DNA of 19,929 nucleotides from Octopus sinensis (taxonomy: Eukaryota): the NCBI RefSeq assembly GCF_006345805.1, contig NW_021824120.1, positions 1 to 19,929 on the forward strand. Reading direction: 5' to 3'. How positions within the stretch are numbered: position 1 is the stretch's first letter; every line of letters begins with the position of its first letter. Made by a program: the position numbers and the translations under genes. A model generated the notes under the pieces. It was given only the letters and a program-made list of their open reading frames with translations. It ran no database searches and had not been told where the DNA came from. Positions 1 through 9,599 of the stretch are shown here, in pieces.

Positions 1-462
1 TACGATGTTGATAACAGCAATGATGGTGATGACGGCAAATGGAAATTTATAATATTTCTGAATATTAATTATTGATAAATTTTTGGATAATATTCGAAAT
101 GAAAAAGTAGGCATTTTTATTTACTGCCGACATGGAGCTGCACTTGCGGGGTAGATTTGAAAAATTAGAATGTATAATCACGGAGCATATACTGGATTGC
201 CTCGTGTATGTATATTTAATCTAATGTGTAGCTGCTGAAGAAGGCTTCGCCTAGAAAATTATTTTATTTGCTAAAAGAAAGTCTGAAATCATTGGCAGGA
301 GTTAGATGGTAAATGTTTTAATTTTTCATTCACTTCGATTTTTATCTCTAGTAGTGGTTCGGAATTTAACTGTCCTCTCTAGCGTGTAGGTAATCCTATG
401 ATGGCTACATCTTATGTGTTTAAATGTACACTGTAGATATATATGTATATATATTTTTTTAA

Positions 463-515
463 TTTTATTTTATCTAGTTTCAGCTCACGAGCTGTGGCCA
501 TGCTGGGGCACCGCC
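463..515 (-). mobile_element. 5'-truncated 3' tail of a non-LTR retroelement (LINE/SINE tail with stem-loop)
   Basis: Minus strand reads GGCGGTGCCCCAGCATGGCCACAGCTCGTGAGCTGAAACTAGATAAAATAAAA. It is visibly homologous to the 3' tail of the SINE at ~11270-11320, contains a CAGCT/AGCTG hairpin (481-494) and ends in an A-rich tail. Confidence 0.6.
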
Positions 516-629
516 ATTCGGTGTTACTACGGCAAAAGAAAGAAATAGACCTCGATATTATGTAAATAGAGGAATTATCCGTAAATATAATATGCGAATA
601 AAGAAAAACTAGATCCTTTATACATATAG

Positions 630-665
<36 letters not shown>

Positions 666-676
666 ATATATATATA

Positions 677-880
677 AAGAGAAAGTTTACGAAAATAAAC
701 AAAAGACGAAGGCAGGTGGAGTACAAACAAACAAATGTATTAGTATAGCGTCAGGAATAGAAAAAGTCTTTTACGTTTCCGAGCCTTCTCTCTTCGACAG
801 AAAGATACACTGAAAAAAACAAGGAGAGAAAAAAATGCGTGTAGGAGCTAACGATCTATCATGGTGTCCTGACTTCAGAC
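677..880 (-). mobile_element. Short Penelope-like/retrozyme-like relic between (TA)n tracts, with a minimal hammerhead-like motif at 767-805
   Basis: Bounded by (TA)n-type repeats on both sides. Minus strand 805-767 reads TCTTT-CTGTCGAA-GAG agaagg CTC-G-GAAA-CGT-A-AAAGA, giving stem I, a variant core, stem II, GAAA, a palindromic ACGT stem III and a GUA site. Confidence 0.5.
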
Positions 881-915
881 ATACATACATACATATACAT
901 ATATACGTACATACG

Positions 916-959
<44 letters not shown>

Positions 960-1124
960 TATATTATTCTAGTTGTTGTTTTTACTTTTCTCACAAACTC
1001 CTATGAGATAAGATTCAGTTTAGCCATCAGAAGGCAGAGACCTATGTTTTAAACATTGTATTATATGCAAAATATACAACACCATCTTAATACAATAGCT
1101 CTAGAAGTGCGATATATTCAGCAA

Positions 1125-1351
1125 GTCATGTGACAGGTCACGTGTCAGTCAGAAATGAAAACCAATAAATAAACCGCGGATGGCTATTTTTCCAGCCGTG
1201 TAACATGTTATATTGTCAGTCACGTGACTTGATACGTTAATAGCCACGTGACTTGCTACGTTGTCAGCTACTTGACTTATTCCAGTTTCAACTACATGAC
1301 TTGCTACGCAGTTAGCCATGTGACTCGCCGCTGTATAGTAAGTCACGTGAC
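1125..1351. repeat. Degenerate 24-bp minisatellite built on a GTCACGTGAC (E-box/CLEAR-like) palindrome
   Basis: Core copies start at 1195, 1219, 1243, 1267, 1291, 1315 (exact 24-bp spacing) and 1342 (+27), with outliers at 1125 and 1137. Perfect GTCACGTGAC occurs at 1219 and 1342. Confidence 0.8.
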
Positions 1352-1685
1352 TTTTGACAAATACTTGGGTTAATATACTTCAATGAAATTATTCTACAAC
1401 ATAAATAATTAGGTTTTAAATATTAATAGATATGTTTTCATATCCTGATTGGTTTGATCATAATCTTGTATTTGCTATTACAGAACAATTTAAAAACATT
1501 AGCGCCTTAAAATGATAGCAAAAGAATCACTATTCAGTCTCTTTACATGCTAGAAACAGCAGTAAATACCTCCTTTATATCACATTCAACTACATCAGTG
1601 GTTCTCCATCATTTTTTTTCAATGGACCCCGTTGATTACTATTATATTCTGGTAGACCCTATAGTCATTCGATGTTTAAAAAATA

Positions 1686-2240
1686 TTGGGTTGTCTGGAA
1701 AGTTCGTGCTGATTTATAGTAGCTTACATTTTGACTTATTTTAGAACATGTTTGAGTCCATAAAATAGGATTTGACTACACCTCCATTTAGAACACAGTT
1801 TAAGCTATCTTTTTGTGGAGGAAGGTTTATGTTCTTATAACATGTGTTAATTATTTAACCCTTTAAAATGGAAGATAAGAAAGTTCATTTTCGGCACTTG
1901 ATGCTTTGGGAACCAGAAAAAATTGCTGCAGCTCGGCTGCGATATGTTACCCCACCCTCCATATTCCCTAAATATTGCTCCTTCGGATTCCCACTTATTC
2001 AGGTCTCTGTAGAATAGTCTTAAAGGTAAAAATTTCAGTTCTTTTGATGACGTAAAAAGATATCTTGATGAATTCTTTGCCATGAATTCTGGGAAGGGGG
2101 CATTTTCAAGTTAAAGGAAAGATGGAGACGCATTGTTCAACAAAATGGTTCATATTTGGTTGATTAAAAATGTAATGGCAAGTATCTATTGACCTTTTTC
2201 TTTCTTTTAAAAATCGGCATGAACTTTCCAGACAACCCAA
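1686..2240 (+). mobile_element. Internally deleted mariner (DD34D-type) DNA transposon, non-autonomous
   Basis: 30-bp TIRs at 1686-1715 (TTGGGTTGTCTGGAAAGTTCGTGCTGATTT) and 2211-2240 differ at 2 positions, with TA on both flanks (1684-85, 2241-42). The transposase start MEDKKVHFRHLMLWE (ATG 1868) is joined almost directly to the C-terminal LPHPPYSLNIAPSDSHLFRSL (mariner HPPYSPDLAPSD motif). Confidence 0.93.
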
Positions 2241-3563
2241 TAGTTTCATACATGCTTCTTTTTGCTCTTTATACATTAACTCTTGTAAGTTGAACTATGT
2301 AAAACGATTGAGACAGAAACCTAGCTGTTTCTTGAAATATATACATTTAAAGTAAAATTTCTTCATAGACCCATACTGTAGACTCAATTTACTACTTTGC
2401 TGTTTCTTTCACTCTCTCTCTCTTTCTCTCTTACTTACTCTCTCACTCTCCCTCTCTTTCTTTCTCTCTTAATTCCTCTCTGTCCTCCTCTCTCTCGTTT
2501 TGCCACTTCTTTCAAGTAAGTGTGACGCACACAACAGGTACGTACAAAAACAAAATAGTTAGTGTATTAATATCATTGGTTACTATAAGCAGATATAAAG
2601 TTATATCGTTCTTCGTATACTTATTGAGTTCATCTTGATGACGATTTCTATTAGAATCGAGACCGGCATCATCAATCAGGCATTATTTTATGTCTCCAGA
2701 GATAAAAAAAAAAGAGGATATTCATTTGATTTGAGGTATGATTAATTTTTTATAGTTATCATTAGACATACAGTCTTATAAATTTCAGATTATGGGGCAT
2801 ACGCTATATGACTGATTGGAAATCGATATTAAATAATATTAAAAATACATCCTGAAATAAAAGGAGGAATTTATCAAAGCTTGTATGCGTAAGTCGTAAA
2901 TATTTTCAAGTTGGAAAAACTTGGGCTTAAGTAACAACATTGCGATTACATTATTTAGGCTCTCTTATGAATAAGAAATAATATACTAGTGAAAGGTGAA
3001 GAATATATATAATTAATCATCACTTTAGTTTTAGAACATAACTATTAGTATAAGATCTGCTTCAAAACCTTGTTTTTCTTTGACAATGGAAATGGTTGGT
3101 TATAAGATGAGGAAAATATTAAAAACTATATCCATTTGTCCACGAAATGCTTCTGGCAGTGTTTCATACACAGACAGACACACCGCATACTATGAATAAA
3201 TGTGGACCATACTTCATCGTGTCAGCAAAGATAACGACGTAGATAAAACAACGAAGATATGTGAAGTTTCCCCCAACACATTTTTTAATAGAAATATGAG
3301 ATCATTGCGCCAAACATGGTGTGCAGGAGGAAACGAGGAAATGGACCCTGTTCAACTGGAACACATCAAAAAAAAAAAAAGAAAAAAAAAACATGGCAGC
3401 ATTACACTGATAATTGAAAATTTGCAAGCTAACAAGGCAGGTGCTTCTTCAATGACTGTTGAGACTCTAGACTACAGATGACGAGATGAAAAAGAAGTTT
3501 CACTAGTTTTTATGTCATCGTCTGACGCTACATGTGCGCCGCCAGGCGTTCTAAATCATAATG

Positions 3564-3596
<33 letters not shown>

Positions 3597-3623
3597 TATA
3601 TATATATATATATATATATATAT

Positions 3624-3781
3624 CTGGCGTATGTGTTCATTTGTTCGTCTTTCAAGAGTTGCGAGCGCCGTAATAACTAGATGATTTCCGCAGGAGTTTA
3701 TCATCATATTTTTGGTTGTTCCCCTATGGATAGTGTTTCTATCGTTCTTCTCTATGTTTCTCTAAAGGCAGGTGGTGGTTG

Positions 3782-3790
<9 letters not shown>
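3624..3790 (-). mobile_element. Possible Penelope-like element fragment (GIY-YIG endonuclease remnant) within (TA)n
   Basis: Flanked by (TA)n on both sides. With frameshifts, the minus strand gives SCGN..SYYG..TLERRTNEHIR, which resembles the GIY-YIG C..YxGxTxRxLxxRxxEH motif. Confidence 0.35.
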
Positions 3791-3822
<32 letters not shown>

Positions 3823-3871
3823 TATTTAACATTCCTTACAGACGTAGATTCATCTTACAACCAATCTCTAC

Positions 3872-3995
<124 letters not shown>

Positions 3996-4104
3996 TTTAT
4001 CTGCATCTATCTACCCCAACCTCTTTCTCCATGCATTATATATAGAGAGATAGAGAGATAGATGGATGATAGATAGATATAGATATAGATATGCATATAT
4101 ATCA

Positions 4105-4148
<44 letters not shown>

Positions 4149-4291
4149 TTAGGGTAGCAAAAAAAATCAATAGAAATTATCGCAACCAGCGGCCTGGTGA
4201 AAAAGAGAAAATAGTCATCGACTAAATATATAAATCTAACGATACTCCTAAATCGTTATATTTTTATATGTTGGGGTCACTCCTAAATCGT

Positions 4292-4300
4292 TATATATAT

Positions 4301-4350
<50 letters not shown>

Positions 4351-4537
4351 AATACATACATGATATAAATATATAAGTTTATACATATATACATTTATAT
4401 ATATAGATATACATATATAATATATATATATATTATATATATAAAAGACACAACGTAATATACATATATATATACATATATATATCATATATACATATAT
4501 ATATATACATATACGTATATATATATATTATATATAT

Positions 4538-4587
<50 letters not shown>

Positions 4588-4685
4588 ATACATATACATA
4601 TATACATACATATAAATACATATATCTATCTATAGATAGATACATACATACATACAGATATACCTACAAACATGCATACATACAT
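4292..4685. repeat. Degenerate (TA)n/(TACA)n low-complexity tract
   Basis: Direct inspection. It accounts for the YIYIYI-type ORFs here. Confidence 0.95.
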
Positions 4686-4701
4686 ACTTACCTTGCTAAC
4701 A

Positions 4702-5285
4702 GCAGCATATTTAGAAAGGAAACATATGTTCGGACTCGTGATACATAAAAGCAAATGTATACAGTGTGGTACCCATATACGAGCGGTTCTTAGACGGTGA
4801 AATTGAATAACGGTTTTCCCGAAGAAAACTAAATTCACATAACTAGCTGAAACGTGATCAATTTGCTTAGCGTGCTGACTACGTACGTGTAGATGTGCTG
4901 GAACATTAGTGAGATTGGCAGACGTCAGTAACTGGATTTTTTGCACACGTTATTGATGTATGCCAACTTCACGAAACATGAGGTTGGTATGTATACATGC
5001 GCTGCTCTCCATTGATCGGCATAACTCTGGTAAAATACAACGCCAAGAAAGAGAATGACCTCGAATATATAGCCAAGAATTCACTTCTTGTATACCCCCA
5101 TAACTTCTTACACAATACTTAAAATACTTAAAATGAGGATGCAATCAAAAATCTAACTGAAAATGCATGACTACTTCCAACGATTCAATATTTTTTGCAT
5201 GAAAGGGGCAATGGCAGCGTTTGACTGTCAAGGACTTGCGTGATAACTCTATCGTCCCAAATAAAGGTCAGCCGTTTGTGCGAGG
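4702..5285 (+). pseudogene. Possible decayed glycosyltransferase family 32 (DXD, alpha-1,4-GT-like) coding remnant
   Basis: The plus frame at 4865 reads A*RADYVRVDVLEH**DW (compare the GT32 H.[AS]D..R..L..YGG.Y.D.D motif). It continues IGITLVKYNAK and YIAKNSLLVYP, then after a frameshift DYFQRFNIFCMKG (5169). A CTAACAG acceptor-like site ends at 4701. It has multiple stops and frameshifts, and the GG core of the motif is missing. Confidence 0.35.
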
Positions 5286-6099
5286 TATGTTCTGAATATG
5301 GATCATAGAAAGGGAAGTTTATACCGGATGAACTGCATCAGTATTTTCTGTTTATAATGTAAAGCGGGACACTGTGACTATATGTAGACCGAGAAGGCAA
5401 TAAGATGTCCAGGATGATATATGTATATCTATGTATCTCACCGCACTCTGAGGTGCGTGTCCAATACAGACTTTGCTGCATATCCATTTTCTCGCAGTTG
5501 CAACTTGAACAATGTGGATTAGAGTTTTTTATGCGTAATCCTGCATAGAATCTGCTCTTTACGTACAGATTAAAGCATTTCAAGGACCTTTATCGACAGT
5601 TGGAAACTCACCGTCAACCCTCGGAATGATTTAAACGGACTGCCACGGTGATGGCATGCTACCGCTTGCTGGTATTTCGGGGAGCAGGAAATAAGAGCTG
5701 AGCCAGATGGAAACCAATGGCAGAATGTCTTGTAACGGAATTACTAGAAACATAAACATACTTACCCTAGCTCACACACCACACACACTAACACACACAC
5801 ATATACACACATACACATACGCACACACATGCAGCCTTCGCGTTAAATTTGAAGATTTTTCTGTCAAAATTTTAGGAACAGTTTGGTGTAATTATAAACT
5901 ACCAACGGCACAAGAGAGTATACAGATTAAAATCGTAGTTACGAAAAACTTAGCTGACACGGAGGACAAGAAGCTATCTGATTTCTAGAAAATCATTACC
6001 TGTGTAATAATGATTTGTGCTGTGTATCAAAATGCCGACATTATGACTCCTTCTCAATGCTCTGTAAACACTCTAAAACCCGTAAGACGTGAAGTGGAT

Positions 6100-6291
6100 G
6101 ATGTGAAGGCGAAATTCCTCCAAAGTGTGATTTGATTGCCTTTGGGAGTGTCTCCAATGAGTGTTATTACATGCTGCCCCATATCATTGAACAGGGCCTT
6201 AGGTTAAATTCAGAGATCTATGTGCAGCTTCTGGACACTGTCATGAAATCCTGGTTGGAGAGAGTTGTTGCTGGAAGGCCATGTATGGCAC
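6100..6291 (+). mobile_element. maT/DD37D-like Tc1/mariner transposase relic, 5' part (interrupted)
   Basis: Translates as MLPHIIEQGLRLNSEIYVQLLDTVMKSWLERVVAGRP, homologous to LIFPHGLRLYMEVYIMCMEKVVLSWMKRVVSER of the 10375-11236 element. The left boundary is uncertain. Confidence 0.8.
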
Positions 6292-6700
6292 TGATATGAT
6301 GTACGACATCTCATCGTCACTGTTATTTCTAAACTTTTATAATATCAAACGTTCCTGATGTTCTCTTATTACTCTCCGACTGTGTATCTTCAACAAGCAC
6401 TCCACGGTATCTCTATTAAATAATTCCTACCACATGTACACTATTACTGCGCATATACCTCTCTAATTTCTTTATTTGGCCACTAAGGGCCCAACACAGA
6501 GAGGACAATTACAAAGACAGACAAAACATTTAAGAGTGCATTTTCCTTTTCTTTTCTTTACAAAATTATAGTTCAAATATATTCGTTTAAAAATTTTGAT
6601 TATTACAAGTATCGATGTTTAAAAATGTAATTTACCTGGGCTATTAGGCCAACTGCCGTTGATCCGCCGTTTCCTTTTTTTCCGTTTAGGGCGGCTGGGC

Positions 6701-7545
6701 TTAGCCGGCTCCATCTATTCCTAACTTTCTCACTACGTTCATCCATCTTTTCCGAAACATGCTATGCGACATGTATCTCCTTTCCAGCTGGAAATTACTT
6801 TTTGGGTGATAGTTAAAATAATTAGCTATACCCCGGCCAGAAATGAAAGTATCTGTCACAATCCCTTCTTCGCGCGTCTTCCACACCTTATCTTTCAATA
6901 TAGCTAAGATGTAGAAAAAAACTGTCCCTCCCCTCCCAGTTAAGGGAAGGGGGTGGAACAATCTTGATAACTGATCAGCCGACAACTGTATTCGTCTTTT
7001 CGATGACAACAGTTGTTCGACCTAGGTTATCAACTCCTTCAACTCCGCAAACTCCACGAAGTGGTGAAGCGTGGGCTTCCTTTCCTATATGCCGAGCCAA
7101 CGATATCCAGGCGGGCGTCCAAAATAGCTTTAAAGTCATCTAAAACAGCTAATGTCCTTGACGTCACGAGGAAGTTCTCAAGGTGTCGATAGAAATCGTT
7201 TTGTTTGGCATGAGCACAAAAGGCACATAGATACATATCAATCTGAAGTCCTAACCACTGTATGTCAAGTCGAGAACGACCAACTTGCCCTCTGGATAAA
7301 CAAAGATTGTTCTGGTCTGCAGAGCCAAGCTTTTACAGAGCAACGCTACTACTCCTCCACGACCTCCGGTCTGGCTAGGAGACATTATTTTATCATAGCC
7401 ATTCAGGAGTGCCAAGAAGGTTCGTAAGTCGTCCAGTTTGGTCTCTCTAGCCACCATCACATCCATTCTATGTGACCTGAGGTCGTCGTAAAACATGCCT
7501 GCTTCCACTTCGAGCCCAGGCCACGTAACCGACATTCAGATCAGC
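6701..7545 (-). pseudogene. LINE ORF2 remnant: APE endonuclease N-terminal half fused to the C-terminal domain
   Basis: Covers ORFs 7251-7535, 7039-7236 and 6701-7009. No RT motifs (such as QG.PLS or YADD) are visible, and the deletion junction is near 7070. Confidence 0.8.
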
Positions 7546-7584
7546 CATCCGATAGAAAAAAGAATCTCACTTAATTTTTGCTGA

Positions 7585-8770
7585 TTACTGAGGTATTACC
7601 CTCAGCGTCACACCTTCTTTCCTCGCCATACTTTTCTTGGTTTCTTCTTTGGTCTCGGGTGGCGCGTCTATGATCTTCGGTAACTCACTTAATTTGAAAA
7701 TATCGGCACCTTTTCTGCCTTCCAATTGTTTATATAATGTAAAATCTATGCGGGCATACCCGCTGACACCATATACCTTGGACAGATGGTGTTTTGTGAT
7801 TATGCCATCCAGGTATGTGTCTTTTTTGTTATATTTGACCAATGTGGTAGTGTCTGTGGAGGCCTTATGGGTAAGAGGATGTGGGTCTCGATATTTTTGT
7901 GGGTGATGTTCGGTTTTTGTGGGTGTGTGAGGCTGGGAGGGCGCAGGTGACACACTGTCTTTTCTTTGGTTTTCTTTTCACCTCTCGAAATTCCTTCTCC
8001 CTTACGGCGGTCTCCATGTCGTCTATCAGGGGTGGTGTGGGGTTTTCTCTTATTTCTTCCTTTTGTTTGTTTTTTGGTATCTTTTTTCTTGTTTCCCTTT
8101 TTCCTTTGCTTCTTCTGTTTTTCCAGTTTCTTCTATAGTTGGGGGTTGTTGTTTCCTTGAAATCCTTCCTTTTTGAGGCGCCGCACGCTGCTTTTATGAG
8201 GCCTTTTTGCCACACTTGTAGCAGCGCAGCTTCCTCTCCTCGACTCGTATTCTTAGAATAATTTCCTCCCCGATTACCATTCGATCGGGAATTTCTTCAG
8301 GGTCCATGGGAGTGGCCTGAATCAGGATTTCTATGTTCTGAACCAGCCAATTTTTTGCGGTGGGTAGAGCGTGTGATTTGCAGGATATTGATCTTATCTT
8401 CTCTGCCATAGCAGAGCGCCGCAATAATCTAGCGTATATCTACCTCTGGTGGTACTTCTTCGATTTTGATCCGGGATGTTCTACGTCCCAGATACGACGG
8501 TAGTAATGCCACTTCAGTAGTTTTCACTGAATTATTACGTTTCAATATCTTTAAAGTGCACCTCTATAGAGGCAAACCTTTTTTTATTACGTGCGTAATA
8601 TCATTCCAAAGTGGTCAGTCCTGTTGTCTCTTTCATTTGTTGGCGAGATGCAAAGATCTTCCCGCTCCAGTTTGAGCATTCCGTTACATGCCTGGTAATC
8701 CGTTCTGGTCACGTTAACATTTATGCACGCTACATTGGTAACTTCTGTGTAATTTATTTTCTCTCCATTG
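7585..8770 (-). pseudogene. LINE ORF1 (gag-like, CCHC-type knuckle), disrupted
   Basis: Spread over ORFs 8587-8886, 8194-8424, 7865-8215 and 7585-7953 with frameshifts. Includes ALLPSYLGRRTSRIKIEEVPPEVD and RCYKCGKK. The start position is uncertain. Confidence 0.7.
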
Positions 8771-9085
8771 TTATTGACCTCCGTGGTCGCAACAATACAA
8801 CAGTTTACAAAAACAATAAAACACAATAGTAATCCTTCCCCACTAGGGGAGGCAAACAATTTGTCTTTAAAGTCCGTAAATAACAATTTTTCAAATTCAA
8901 CAACAAAGGTTCAATATTAACAATAATATGGCACACAAAAAATCCACTGCAAACTCATCAGCCTGCTACCAAAACACAAAAAAGCATATGGCACACTTCT
9001 CGGGCCGTTCTGCACATGCTCAATTATACTAAGTAGTATAGTTCACGTAGCCGATCACCGGGGTGTACAAATTCCCCATACAACA

Positions 9086-9400
9086 GACACCAAGATACCA
9101 TATCTTCGGAAAGTGTTAGAAGTAGTTGTCGGAGAATTTCTGCAATTTCACCAGCCCCATTTCTGGCCTTTTAATTTCTCCGATTCTAACCCTATGTATT
9201 ACTACGAAAGGGCGTGGCTGGAAAAGACACAAACCGTTCTGCCGGCAATGCTGAGGGCGAGCTGTTGACCAAGATCAAAGAGGTGTTCGAAGATCTTCCA
9301 AAGTATACAGTGAGGAAGCATGAGCCACGTTCCAGAGTTGCCTTGAGGCCATGATGGAAGCTGAGGTCGGCTACTTTGAGAAGAATCTTATCTCCCAGCT
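9086..9400 (+). mobile_element. maT/DD37D-like transposase relic, 3' part (continuation of 6100-6291)
   Basis: Reads QD..HIFGKC*K*LSENFCNFTSP.FWPFNFSDSNPMYYY..KDTNRSAGNAEGELLTKIKEVFEDLPKYTVRK..FQSCLEAMMEAEVGYFE, homologous to ORF 10497-10817. Confidence 0.85.
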
Positions 9401-9548
9401 ATAATCCAGTCAATATATTTTGATTTTTTCAGGTACTTTTATATTTGGATAGGATACTGTATTTTCTCCTCCTTTTATGCCAACTGAAAATATCGTCAGA
9501 ACAACCTCTGCGTGTGTGTGTGTGTGTGTGTATATGTGTATGCGCGTA

Positions 9549-9597
<49 letters not shown>

Positions 9598-9599
9598 CA

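Larger units (their letters stand above)
6466..9021 (-). mobile_element. Tx1/L1-clade non-LTR retrotransposon with ORF1 and endonuclease, lacking the RT domain; decayed
   Basis: ORF1 remnant has a zinc knuckle (CYKCGKK/GLIKAAC, ~8185-8225) and a Lys/Glu-rich tail. ORF2 has APE motifs (ARETK, GGVVALL, EGKLVVLDL, CIYVP, LDDFKA) at ~7535-7075, joined to the ORF2 C-terminus (LHHFVEF...ILKDKVWKTR...FRKRW, 7069-6701). Minus-strand AATAAA lies at 6476-6471. Confidence 0.88.
6292..9085. mobile_element. Solo-LTR-like insertion (TG...CA, 5-bp TSD), ~235 bp net, interrupted by a LINE
   Basis: Starts TG at 6292 and ends CA at 9085. Flanks are GGCAC (6287-6291) and GACAC (9086-9090). Removing the insert and one TSD copy restores TGG CAC CAA GAT (WHQD), the host transposase WQQD motif. 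ATTAAA lies at 6415-6420. Confidence 0.55.

Noticed and set aside
1125-1351. CRISPR-like array
   Set aside because: The context is eukaryotic, the 10-bp cores have 14-bp mutually related spacers, and there are no cas genes. It is a minisatellite.
3200-3481. 93-aa ORF with a poly-Lys stretch
   Set aside because: The poly-Lys comes from an A-run and no recognisable motif is present.
4244-4296. 18-bp direct repeat ACTCCTAAATCGTTATAT (4244 and 4279)
   Set aside because: Two copies 35 bp apart beside a (TA)n tract are most simply a local slippage duplication.
5830-5875. Left TIR of the split maT-like element (pairing with ~9480-9510)
   Set aside because: The similarity is only partial (TGAAGATTTTTCTGT versus TGACGATATTTTCAGT), too weak to fix the boundaries.
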